A stretch of 47,186 nucleotides of DNA from Perkinsus olseni (taxonomy: Eukaryota): the NCBI GenBank assembly GCA_013115125.1, contig JABANN010000039.1:62001-109186 (forward strand), given 5' to 3'. Positions 13,217-25,576 of the stretch are shown here, piece after piece (position 1 is the first letter of the stretch; each line of letters begins with the position of its first letter). The notes beneath the pieces are model-generated. The model saw nothing but the letters and a program-made list of their open reading frames with translations, ran no database searches and was not told the DNA's origin. Both the position numbers and the translations under genes were made by a program.

Positions 13217-14398
13217 TTATAGAGTAGGGAGGGCAGCAGCAAGATACCCATCGTGGGTCGTTGATGACCCGACTTCCGGTTCCCAGGCCATCTCTGCCAG
13301 TTCTTCTGCTCCGTTATGTTTCGGGTAAGTATCGAGGGAGATCATACTACTACGTGAGAGATGCTGCAAGCAAGCCATTGAGCCCAGCTCGACCGCTCTC
13401 TCCAAAGGGGACTTCCGCCACCTGACGAGATCATCATCAATCAGCACGTTTACTGACCAGCAATCAACCCACCTCCAGCCTCCCACTGGGTTGGCACCGG
13501 CGTCCAACAGTAACGGCAGAATGTCGCACCCGTGCGGTATGACCAGGAACGCAGCCGTCTCCCCCTCGGCCGTATGACCATCAACATCAACCCCTGGATA
13601 CTGCAGGAGCAATTGGACCTGCTCAGCGGTGGACTTATGTCTTGGAAGTGGTACGTTAAACTGCCTCTCGATGGTCAGCAGAAGTTGCTCACCCACAAGG
13701 CAGATGCAGCAGCAGAACATCTTTATCGTACTAACGACCGCGCACACTCATACCGAGAATCCACTATCATACCCGAAATTGAAGTGAGATCCAATCAGAA
13801 GACAGATTTTTGATCTCAAATTGTAATTTTCGATTTTCTCACCGTATCTTTCTGTCCATTTGCCGCAGCCTCTTGGATGGGGCTTCGACCAGTAGTAGAA
13901 TCTTCAGCGTTGAGGTCCAGGAGAAGGTCCCTCTCAGACGTATCATGCGGCAGACCTAGGCCGTCCCCTATGGCCGATAAGGTTGAGCTCCTCAACGACC
14001 ATTCATGGAGGATGCCTGAGGGATTCTCCATCCACCAGCCTCGAAAGACAGCCGAGCTTTTTCACCTTTCACATCAGATGCACTTCTATTCTGCCTTATG
14101 GCACTCGCAAGCTCAGCTCGGAAGTCGGGCCTCGTCGGGACCCTGCTACTGCCGATTTCTTCGATTTCTATCTGAAGTGCGGTAAAAGACGGTATGCGCC
14201 CAGCAAGGGTTGAGTTTCTCGATTCGGAGTTCTCTTCTTTTCACAGCGACTGTTGAGCTCTATGAGGTGGAGGATGAGCGACAGTGGAGGAGCGGAGGCA
14301 CTCACGAGGACTGTGGCAGGAGCTTCTGGAAGGATGGCTGCTACGAGATGGAAGACTCCTATAATGATGAGGACAGGGAGATGGCATTGTGGAATCAT
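13217..14398 (-). CDS. Ankyrin-repeat protein (multi-exon), possible N-terminal signal/anchor
   Basis: DLNAEDSTTGRSPIQEAAANGQKDTV, LLLQYPGVDVDGHTAEGETAAF...LLLDAGANP and KSPLERAVELGSMACLQHL are ankyrin-like repeats. Both ends are uncertain. Confidence 0.7.
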
Positions 14399-14909
14399 AT
14401 GAACAGCTCAGAGGAATATTAGCGTGAGTTCACACCGCAGCAATCTTCGGAGCACTGATCTGGCAATCTTGCGCTCTTAGCACGTCTTGATATTTCTCAG
14501 CGCGACTGACCAGCTCCCAACATTGTGAGGGGCATTGCCACGTCTACACTGCAGACTGGAGTGAGGTTCAGGGTAGCTGAGGTTCCGGGCAGCTGAGGTT
14601 CCGGGCTGTCGGATCAAAGACGCTTGCTCCATGAGTGACAGTCTCAAGCCTGAGCGCTCGAATTCGTGAAGTGACCGCTGACACGGAAACTCGCTAGGAA
14701 GCGTAACTTGAGTCACCGTCGGGTGCTCAGTCCAAGTAGGAGAATTCTAAGGAGCATTCCTTGGGTCAACCTCGGACACTGGATCGTAGATGGGTCATCG
14801 TAGTGGGTACGATCGGACACGACCTGGATGATGTTTCTCGCAGTTGTGAATCGGTTTTGGTTCCTTGTTACTACAACTCCTAGTCCTACTTATCATCAGC
14901 GAACTCGTC

Positions 14910-16377
14910 ATGAGCCTCGACGACGAATATGACCATCTTTACAAAAGTACTACGGGGATGACGGGATTAGCGGTAGCATTTGCATCGATACTCCTACTAC
15001 CGTCACGGTAAGTGATTGTCGTAGTGAAGTTGCACTGCTCCGGCGGGACATTACTCTACTGCGCAGTAGAGCGGGGCGGCCTCGCACATGCTTCTTGCCT
15101 TCGTACTCGCTTTCAAATGCACTTGACCATCCGGCGGTGTCCGTACGTAATTTGTTCAGTCGTCCTTGTCGGTGATGCTACCGTTGGCAAGACTCATCTT
15201 CTATCCCGCTACATCAAGGGTACACTACCCCGTGCCCCTACTGCAACAATAGGCGTGGAGTTTGCTACAAGGACGGTCCCTCTTGCCGTCGGTGGTACGG
15301 TCAAAGCCCAGATTTGGTAATACTGGATTTGATCAGACCTTCTGGGCGATTCTCGAGCAGCATGCAGAAAGAAAACACGAATTCGTGGACAATTTCAAGT
15401 CGCTAAACGTTTTGACGGTCTTGCGGTGATTAGGCGCCTTCACTTGCGTGCAGCCACCGCGAAACGTTATAGCTCTTTGTTGAGAATTTCGGTTCACTTT
15501 CTCGCATCACGGGTCGCTGTGGATCGCCGTCTGAGGTGAAGCGTAGTGTCTCAGGGATACAGCAGGCCAAGAGCGTTATCGTGCAATAACCTCAGCACAC
15601 TACCGAAGGGCAGTCGGTGCCTTATTGGTCTATGATGTTACCAGACGCAACACATTCCTCAATTGCTCCAAATGGATGGTGAGCCCACGTTGCCCTAGTG
15701 GTGCTGCAGAGTAGAGGTCGGGGCTTCAGGAGGAGCTGCGGCAGAACGCCGAGCCGGATATCGTCATACTGCTTGTTGGGAACAAAATAGATCTAGTGGA
15801 GAAGGATCCATCCACGCGACAGGTGATAAGGGATGGGACTGACGCTTTGGGACGTAGGAGGGACAGAAGAGAACAGTAAATGAAAGCACGAGGGGGGAGG
15901 GGTCGCGATGCCTCGAAGATAATGTGTTGTTGATTTATTCATCATCTATTGAGTAGCATAAGCATTGAGCGTTATTTCGCTTCATGCTGATGTTTGTACT
16001 GGTCTAAATGCTCTCCTTCTGAAGTTGTTATTGTTTGTTTCATTGATGTAGTTCCATTGGTAGGTGACTACCGAGGAAGCCACAGCGTTTGCGAAGGAGA
16101 ATGGCTTGTTGTTTGCGGAAGCCTCTGCAGTGTCATCAGTGAATGTCAAATTCATTTTCGAGAAACTTCTGCAAGGTAAATGCACTGCCTTTTTCCCATC
16201 GGGATCATTCGGACCGTCTTGTCAGAAATTTATAACCAGCGTAGTAGAGCACAAGCTGAGGGTAATGGGAGGACACAGCAAGAGCTCACAGCGCAGGGAG
16301 GCATGAAGATCGCTCCTCATCAACATGATCAATATGCGAATAACTGCTCGAATGAACTGTCCAATTGCCAGTGTTGA
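14910..16377 (+). CDS. RAB11B: Rab11-family small GTPase (alveolate Rab11B-type), 6 exons
   Basis: Spliced product [30 protein letters not shown]...TIGVEFATR...[28 protein letters not shown]...GNKIDL...EASA, with a C-terminal CQC prenylation motif. Exon 1 is 14910-14946, exon 2 is 15160-15316, exon 3 starts at 15555. Confidence 0.93.
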
Positions 16378-16800
16378 CGACGGCGGAGCGAAGCAAGAGA
16401 ATAATTCCGCGGACCGTGGCATTATATATGGTCCCCCTGCGCCTCGCGATGGTCCTGCTGAATTGCCTTTGAAATGGTAGGGGTTCTTCGGTATATATGA
16501 CGGTAATGATTCACGCCGTGTCTGCCGTGATGCCTAATTCTTGCACTCTTACTCTGTCTTATAGTTCCGTAACGCTCTGAACGGTAAGGGTGCCTAGTTA
16601 CCACTGTGTGTCATATTTCTGCTACTCCTTAGTTTTCTCATTAACGTTCGTGAGCTGCGTAGTTAGTGTCAATGGTTGGGTTGTGGGGGTGATTGCACTG
16701 GCTATCTCGCTACGAGCCAAGAATGAGTCACCCGGGTGCTCACCGTTGGGAACAACGGCTTACTCGTTATTTTCAAGTGGCATGCAATTCATCAACCCCA

Positions 16801-19800
16801 ATGCAGGAGAAGGAAGGCGTTTACTACACGCCACTACGCCCGACTATCAAAAGCGGAGAAGGGAGGCGTAGCAGCAGTTCATACCGAGGTAGGGTCGGAA
16901 GGGCGAGCGTTGTTTCTCACTGTCTGGCCCTCCACATCTGTCACACAGTGTGACTCACACTACAGATAGGGTCTAGGTATCAGTCCAAGGAAGTGCCCAT
17001 CTCCGAGCCATATAGCTCGAGTTCCGGAGTATGCTCCGGCCCAGGCCCCGCCACACGGGCGCGTAGAGACGACCACCAACAGCTACGACACCCGTGCCAT
17101 GCATGCTGTAGACCACGGGAAGTGTTAATGCACGAGTGATGGAGCTGGGTTTCAGAGGACCACCGGAGCTGCTGATATGGACCTGCCGCCTCCTCCGTTG
17201 AACGCGCCGGTCTCTCTGCCGAGGAGCTTCGACTTTCACAACTCAGTTGGAGGCGTCCCACAGCTCCCGGTGAGTCTTGCACTACGTACGGTGCGATTAA
17301 TGAGATAGACTCGTCCCTCTCGCGGGAGAAAATTACTACGCGCATTGTCACTCTGGAGTAACTCCGAGCTACTACGCACGAAAGGCGGCCGTTGAAGGTA
17401 CTGACGTCCAGTCACGCGTCGAGAGTGGCAGCCGGCGGCCTGCCGCCTATGCTTAGGAGCTCCAGTGGTGGGTTGTAGAGCAACTGTCAAATGCCTCCGT
17501 GCCTACTCATTCCGTGGGTCTGACTCATCAGATATCAGCGAGACAGCTTCTTACGGCTCATCTCCATCCAACTACGCCAGGTCGTCCGGTAGCAGTCCGG
17601 TGAAGCGACGCAGCGGCGGCGGCGGCCACCTTCATGTGCCGCTTAGTGAGCAGCTAGCCGCCTATCAGATCCGCTCAATCGTGCTCAGGTATGGCTGTAG
17701 GAGATACCCTCAGCTACAGCGGATCCAAAGTCGACACGTCATCGGTGCCTCGGCCAACGGGCCCATCGGAACCCGTTAGGCGTCGCGGTGGCCGCCGCTT
17801 CGAGACCGACAGGACCGGGGTCAGTCCTTGTTCCCTGCCCTCTTGATTCAGGCACACTGTGAGCTGGGTCATTTTTTCAGCTTCCACCGCCGGCCTGTAG
17901 TGTGTACACGGCGATCGATAAGGGCAACGCCTCCTGCCGGTTCTTGAGATCGACCACTTACACTGTACCATCACCAGTCATCGGCTTCTCGCCTGCATAT
18001 CCATACCGCAGGTGCCAGCCCAACAGTCGACAGCCCACAGCTCGGGAATCTCCCTTGGTATCATCGCACAGCCCTTCGCGGAGTTGTTCAATGATGAGAG
18101 AGACGTGCCGCTCATCAATTACGGGGAGGCGGGGCCGATGAGATGTCCTCGCTGTGAGTTCGAACCTTATGCCCGGCACGTCGAGCTCACGATTTTGTCT
18201 CAATGATGAGCTTTCTAAATCTCCCGTATGGCGACGGGAGATTGTAGAGCGGCCCGCTGCTCAGTAGCCGCACGACAGATACGAGGTTTTTAGGTAGGGC
18301 GTATGCCAATCCGGCGTTCCAGTGGATTGGTGGGGGCGATGAGTGCATCTGCAATTTCTGTAACTACGTGATGGAGGTCCCCCAAGTAAGCCCAGCTCCG
18401 GTAAATTAAGCGGCTCCGTCGGAGGGCCTCTAATGTCGACAAACCGGTGTCGGTCCGCCACTCCTAGACACTGCAAGTGAAAACTCACCGCAGCTGAGTC
18501 CGCCGCGGGGTGAAGCGCTTGGTTGCACCAATTTACCCACTGAAGAATTTACCCTCCTGAAGTAGAAAATGCTGGCCTCGTAATGGTCGTAGCACGATAC
18601 TTAGCACTCAGCTCACCTCATACCCGTCTCTGCATCGTCCATCACTTGACTATGGTCTGGTAGATACATCAATGTCCTGTCCCGAATATGCGAGAGAGGC
18701 CAGAGCTCGAGTTCGGCAGCGTGGATTATGTGGCACCATCGGACTATCTGCGTAGCTAGCGCTGTGACATTACCAGTCGGCAGGGGAGCTTCAGGTCCCG
18801 ATGGCTCCTCCACAGAACGCCCGCCGGGGTTCTGTTTTGTTGTTGACTGTGGATACTGCAGTGTAGGGGATCCTCTTACTGCTACTCACTCAGCCCGGAT
18901 GTTCCCAGGTGGCCTCGGGGATGTTTCACCAGGTCATAGCCAGCATCCGAACGCTGCTTTCGTACATGCCGTCGTTGGCTGAGATATGCTTCGTAGGCGC
19001 GGGGTCGGGATGAGAGCAGTGAAGAATTTCTCTGAGATCAGATATTTTTTGATGATGTTATTCATTTCTACCGTTTAAACTCGGCGGAGGTATCGGAGGA
19101 GATAGTGGTAGCGGACGTGGATGACCCGTTCCTCCCGATTCACGTGAGCCAGTGTTGCTTGGTGGCATGGGTGTTCCTTTGCTGTGTCAGGCGAGTGCAT
19201 TATTCGTTAATCCTCATTCTAGTGAAGAGGCCATTCAGAGTTTGTTGGATCTTGTTATTCGAGAAGTAGAGTCTACGAAAAGTAAGCGGTCACTGCCGCT
19301 TGCAGCTCTCCTATGTGTCTCAGTGACGTTCTCAGGACCATCGGTATCTTGTGGGTCGGCAGCGCTCCAGGTTGCAATTGAATGCCTTGCTATGCACGGC
19401 GGTGGAAGCGTGATGATATTCTACGGTTTGTATTCACACATCTCGTGGGACTTCGTATGCTTTGCTAAGTTAGGCACTCATCCAGATATCGGTATTGGTA
19501 GTTTGCGCCCGTCGCAAGGTATCATCCCTTCTCCACTATTAGACGGCACGGTTTTCTCTCGGCCGGCAGGTTCGACGGCAGTGAGTGACGAAAGTCCCGA
19601 GTGCAGGAAGTCTCAGTTGCAGCCACGGAATCCCGAGCTGTGGTCGCGTCTTCTGGCCAATTGCGTATCGAAGGCCGTAAGTTTGTACTTGTGCCGTTCT
19701 GAACGAAGGCATTGACGTGGATGATGAGGACTGGCGTCAGGTTAGCGTTGACACGTTCCTTGCTGTGCCTTCATCTTCTGTGGACAATAAGGATGCCCGT

Positions 19801-22800
19801 CTACCGACTCTCTGCTACCTCACAGCCAACACTGGAGGCAACATTCACATCTACCACTCCTTCAGTGTCGAAGACGTATGTTAATGTTGGCTCTTGGATC
19901 TCGCTGATCGAGTGTGGTGAGTACGGCGTGTGGAGTTTTGAAGCTTCAGGATGGAGAAGCTCTTCACTTCGATATTGCGCGAGCGGTTACCAAAGCAGCG
20001 GCCTACGGCTGTGTCGTCCGAGCCCGTAAGAACGGGGCACTTCCTCGTGTAACGAGGCTATGTTCCGAATGCGGGAAATCTGAAACGTGAACGCTGAACG
20101 TCCGTGAGTCTCGCTTCGTTTTGCATGACAACGCTGTCGCTCACGGGCATGCTCCAGGAGAAGACACTGAGTGATGGTCAGTGATTAACTGCGTCTCGTG
20201 CGGCCCTCAGGGAGAGCAGGTCCTGCTTAGGTGCCTCAAGAGGCCTGTCTATCGATCGGTATCTGAGCAGATGGTCTCAGACAGCCACACGGCATCCCGC
20301 TGTTCCTAATCCCCACGGAGGCTTCCTACTGCCGAAACTCGACTGTGATGCCGTCTTCGGGTATGGCTGGGTCACCCATCATTGGTGCGTTTCCTGTTCG
20401 AGCATAGATGCCTCATCATATCCCTTTGCTTAGTACTACAAAACTTTCTTCTCCTGAGCTGCGTCCTCGGGTACTGTTCCGTTGAACGCTTTCCGTGATG
20501 CAGAGTCTCGATTATTCGCTTATCAGGTTCTCGCTGTATCTGGATGAGGGTCTCCAGGCAAGATACGCCTACTTTCAGCTGGCTGTACTTCATCATAACG
20601 CGGAGGGAATGAGGTGACCCCTCGCCTGTTCGCTCGTGAGCGTATCTTATGGCTGGTTAAGGCTGCTGCTCGTTGCCTCCAATGGGGATCAAGACAAAGT
20701 GGCGTAGAATGCGTACTGTTCAGACTGTTGCGGGTACATACATTGCGATTATCCGTATCTACGAGCCTTTCGGCGGCATATCGATCACCGGATGTGGAGT
20801 CATTAACGAACCTTCTGGCACGGCAAGCAGCTGAGGATATGCTCGCGACGGGACACTCTCCCAGGGTGAGCTCACAAATCGCGGGGAGCATTGCTATGTT
20901 CGCAATGTATCCTTGCCTCATCCTCGCCTTTCCTGTATCCTTGGGAAGTCGGGCATATCGGAAAAATGTTCTCATTATGATAAATTGTTGTATAGAATTG
21001 ATCGAGAAAATCTTTTATGTACCTCTGTCGTATTTCCTGTTCTTTGATGACTTATTCTGACTGGATGGAAAGTAGGGCGGTCACATGCCCTCTGCGTCGG
21101 TTAATCATGTTGCTTCGTCCTGGCTCGAAGGCCGAGAGCACTGTTCTAGATTCTAGACTGTAGAACGCTGAAGGAGTTTCGCGGATTATCGGCCGACGAG
21201 GATCAGCTCTGACAACAGGTCTTCGGATGAATGCCAGCTTGAAAAAAGAGACGAGCTGCAGAGTCTGCGGGGGCGGCCGCAGCTGCTCGGTCATAGAGCT
21301 GGAGTGATATACCTTCCGGTGGCACTCCGTTGCCAGGTTAGTCTTCATTCAGAGGTCGGAATATTTGATGCTTCTCACTTCTAAATCTTAAGTTGAGGCT
21401 CGACCGATGTGACAATCGAACTGCACGTTCTGGCCTTCTACGACGACTTGGTCATGTTCGGCGGGAAGAACCTGGCAGCCGCATTCCGGCATGCACTCCG
21501 CATTCCAGCCTCGGTCTGAGGCTTCAGAACCTCTAGGCTCTGAATTCCCATCAGCAAATAGGAACTGGCGAACCAGATTGGTCTGTTAGCGAGTCAAGAA
21601 GCCATTGATCCAGCGGCTCAAAAAGGAAACGTGATGTAAAATTGTGCTCCTTGGTACGATAGACATCACCAAGAGGGACATCTCCACTCTAGCCGGCAAG
21701 ATTTACGACCCTATCTGATTTCCTCGGCAGCACGCTTCATCGCTGACGACATCAGGCGAATGGCGGGAAGTGGCGGCTCACGGGAAAGACGAGTGGCCTT
21801 CATCGAGGATCACACCCAGAGACGATAGACAGGATAGTCTCTCCTGGAGAGAGCTTGCATTGAGTTACTCACGTTTACCGCAAAGAGGCTGATGGCATAT
21901 CATATCATGATATCATGATGCCAGGGTAACATCTACGACACCTTTCAGATTAGTGCTCATGTTGAAGATTTAGTGTTGATTACGACTCATTGATTAAATA
22001 TTGTTTCCTTTGCGTCCTGTGGCACGGGACCTTTTCACAAAACGTGTTACCCGTTCTGAGGAACATCGCTCCTCGGGATAGTAACTGCGACACAATTGTG
22101 CGTGGAGAAACCGGCGCGAACACCGGTGGATTTGAAATCTATCTGAACGGCTCTATTATGATGCCTCAGGAGAAGCTGCTTGGACAATGCAGTACCGTTC
22201 TGCACGCTTACAGAGTCAACTGCGCTTCTTACTCAGCGCCGAAGCACACAGGTTAGAGTCCACGCAAAAACCCGAACCGTGTCCTCCTGAGCGCGTCGGC
22301 AGTCTCTGTGATTCAGGTACACAGCTATTGCTACCAGAAACGCTGAAACTAATGCCCCTCTACATTGGGGGGTTACTAAAGGTGCGCCAATTAAGTCTCT
22401 CATGCTGGCTTGCTTTAACACGTGTGCCATTGTTTGTATTCATAGTTACCAGCTTTTCGACCTGCCGCGGATGTATCCATCGATGAGCGTTATGAATGTC
22501 TCATGAGTCTTCTCGGGTATGGCGTCGCTCAATCGACATACAGGGTCTATCCGAGAGTTTACAGTCTCCATGATATGTCGGTGAGAGTTTCTCGTGACGT
22601 AGCGTGGTGCCCTTGCTTCTCTTTGTCAGAGCGTTTGCGGTACTCCAACAGAAATAGAAGACAACATTTTTCTCCCGAGGACCGTAGCCGCGTCTGCTGC
22701 GCAAGCACGTAGACTGCCGTGGTGTTTCCGGGAAGATTTGTCGTTCAGATATCGGCAAGTGGGATCTACCTCGTTGATAACACTCAAGTCTTGCGACTGT

Positions 22801-23326
22801 ATGTGGGCCCAGCGGTCAGCGAGGAAACTCTTCTTGAGTTATTCGGCACGCGGGGGATGGATGACTACGAGAATCCGGTGACTAAGAACTCTCTCATCGT
22901 TAGTAAGAACTTATCGGTTACATTACCGCAGATAGTATCACCCGAGACCAGCGATCTTGCATGCAGGATTTGGTGTATTATTCAGCAAATCCGGAAGGAT
23001 AAGGGCTGTCATCCGTAAGCAACGGCGCCTCGTGCCTGCTGACATGTGACGGCCTTTCTTCATTAGATTCCAATCAGTTCGAGTAGCCCTGCTTAACACC
23101 CCGGAGGAAGCACGCCTGTTCGCAACTCTTAGTGAAGACAGAATCGGTGGTGAAATGAGCTACGTAGATCTCCTCTGCCACGTAATTCCCCGGCGCACCG
23201 TGGATCCACCCCTTCGATTCACAGGCTTCGAGTCACTCGTTGCACCGCTATTTACCACTCATACCCCTCACAGGACACTTTTCCTCTTCGCTGCAGATAC
23301 ATCGACAGGTGAACGGCCGTAAATAG
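16801..23326 (+). CDS. SEC24: COPII coat cargo adaptor Sec24 (multi-exon)
   Basis: GNASCRFLRSTTY, LGIIAQPFA, Zn finger PMRCPRC..AYANP..CNFC, RPELEFGSVDYVAP, VADVDDPFLP, LHAYRVNCA, QLLLPETLKLMPLY, and terminal SYVDLLCH/IHRQVNGRK with TAG at 23324-23326. The start is tentative because the N-terminus is low-complexity. Confidence 0.92.
21300..21850 (+). mobile_element. Decayed BEL/Pao LTR-retrotransposon pol fragment inside the Sec24 intron 20866-22169
   Basis: In order on the + strand: RWHSVARLVF (~21317), LHVLAFYDDLVMFG (RT YxDD-like, 21421-21462) and ITKRDISTLAGKIYDPI-stop (21665-21718), which resembles the BEL/Pao TKR...IFDPLG motif with GGA replaced by TGA. Limits are approximate. Confidence 0.65.
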
Positions 23327-23780
23327 CAGCTGACCTACCCGAAGTACACTACATGTTTTACCATGAACGTTCTATTGCCCGTCTCAACTCGAGAATCAAT
23401 CTTTGCTGTTCGAGGGCGAGACGGCGTCGTCGCAAGGCGAACGGATAACTAGTCGTAGTTGGCGTCGTCAGCTTGGCGATGCTCAATCTCGAGCATGTTA
23501 CACATTCAACATCATTTGATTCGCATCATACGGCTTGCTGTGAATGAGGGCCTTCCTGCGAGGCATAGGAGTCTGAGACTCCGAGCCTTATCAGAGTCTA
23601 TGTACCAATAAGATGGTCCATTATCGTTTATAGTTATATGCCGCTTGATCGCACAGTGTGGTAGGGTGACAGTGCCCCAGCGTGACGCTGCAACGGTTGG
23701 CAGTAGTGGTAGTGTCATAGTGCGATAGCGTCAGACTGCCACAGGGTCTGCCTCACCCCAGTTGGAGTGTAGCTCTCTCA

Positions 23781-25345
23781 ATGAATACACCCTCTCCTTC
23801 TACACACGTGACCTCTGTACACGAGATCGTCGCTAATCACGATACCTTCATATTTGACTGTGACGGTGTCATCTGGCAAGGCGGTTGCCTGATACCCGGA
23901 GTTGACAAATTCTTGAGGAGTTTACAGAATGCTGGCAAAAAAGTGGGAGTAGTTTGTGACTGCGGTTGCTCGCGCTGAATGATTTTCTCCCTTGTAGTAT
24001 GTTTTTGTGACGAACACGAGTTCGAGGTCCCGCGAGGGGATGTGGGCGAAATTCGCCGATCTCGGATTGGGCGGCATCTGCTCTAAGGAAATGATGTATC
24101 CGTCTTGCTACTTCACAGCGAGGGTTATTCAAAAGAGACATCCTAACGCTAGACGCATGTAGTGAGAATCTTTTAATTTGTCGCACACAATTCGAGCTTG
24201 AAGGTGTTTCAGTTATGTAATCGGAGGCAGCGGTCTCGTACAGGAGCTCGAATCGTTGGGGATCTCCTGCGTCACAGACCAGCATGAAGCCTGTAAGAAT
24301 CAGCGTACGAGCCTCTGTCAACCCACACGATAGAGTCCCTTTAGCTGGAGTTTTGCGATTTGTATGGGGTCAGGGTGAGGGGTTTGATTGCTGGATGAAC
24401 AGGTGACGAGTCACTGACCGAAGAGAGGTTCAAGAGTATGGCGGAGGAGATGGCGCAGCCGTCCAGTGCAAAGATCGATGGGATTGTTGTTGGCTGGGAC
24501 CTATCATTCTCGTTCAAACAGATCTGCAGGTGCGTCAGCTCATCAGTTGTCCGCCCGTGTAGAGTACGCGTCGCTCACATTGGTGTTTGACCGCTGTTGA
24601 TGTGGCGACTCAGGGCCTCACTGGCATTCCAGTTGGCCGATGAGGACTTCTTCTTCTATGCAACTAATGACGATCCGTTTGACAGGATAGGACCGTGGAA
24701 AATTCCTGCCACAGTGAGAACACACCCGGTGTCACTTTGGCCTTACCAATCTTGGCCTGGTTTCTAACATCATGCGGTTTTTCCCGATCGGTAGTCAATT
24801 GCTGGTAAAATAGCTCAAAATATATGATGGCCAGGTCCACGCCTAGGGCTACTGCCGCTTGAATCATCTCAAGTTGAAATACTTGCGAGATCTCGCTGTT
24901 GAACCAATTGCATGCTTTATGCGGAGCTGCTCTGCGGTAGGGTACCATCCTGGCGTCACTGAATGCTGTGGCGAGGATCAGCGAGCGACCAGATGCCGAG
25001 GTTCTTGGGAAACCTAATCCGGAGTTCGTAGGCCCTTCTCCGACTGAACCTCACTGCTTCGTGGACTTCATTCAAGTCGCTATACAATTGTCGTTTAGTT
25101 ACAGTTCGTCATGGCCGAGCAACAGCTAGATGCGTCCAGGAGCGTGGTAATCGGAGATAGACTCGATACGGACATTCTCATGGCAAAGCGTGCTGGCGTT
25201 GCCTCGTGTTTGGCTCTTTCGGGATGCTGTTCGAAGGTTGACTTGGATAACAGTAGGTTCATAGAGCATGAGCGGAATAGTTGATTGCCACTTGTCAGGC
25301 AGCGTCGCACCGGACTACGTCATTGATAGTGTAGGAGCTGCATGA
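23781..25345 (+). CDS. HAD-IIA phosphatase (phosphoglycolate / 4-nitrophenyl phosphatase family), multi-exon
   Basis: Motif I FIFDCDGVIW, motif II FVTNTS, motif III LGKPNP, motif IV VIGDRLDTDI, and C-terminal PDYVIDSV with TGA at 25343-25345. Confidence 0.92.
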
Positions 25346-25576
25346 TCCTCGCGTTACTCTCTCTTGAATATCGCTTGGCGGGGGCGTTGCGTTGAGAGAG
25401 TTCTACTAATGGTTGACGGGCGAGTGTCGGAATATCGAGAAAACGCGATGTCTACGTAGTAACCATTTAGACAGCTGTGTTCGGGATGCATCGTTGTGAC
25501 ACAAAGTTTGTGTATCACATCGTTTTACCTTCGGGAGCAGGCAAGCGAAATAATTTTCGAATGTTTAGCTAGCCAG

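Noticed and set aside
10194-14398. Fusion of the ankyrin gene with the downstream membrane gene as an Akr1-like DHHC palmitoyltransferase or channel
   Set aside because: No DHHC or pore motif was found, and I could not splice the two parts in frame convincingly by eye.
21893-21924. Palindromic atatcatgatat stretch as a structured RNA or snoRNA
   Set aside because: It is a short low-complexity repeat at the edge of the decayed retroelement, with no properly spaced C/D or H/ACA boxes.
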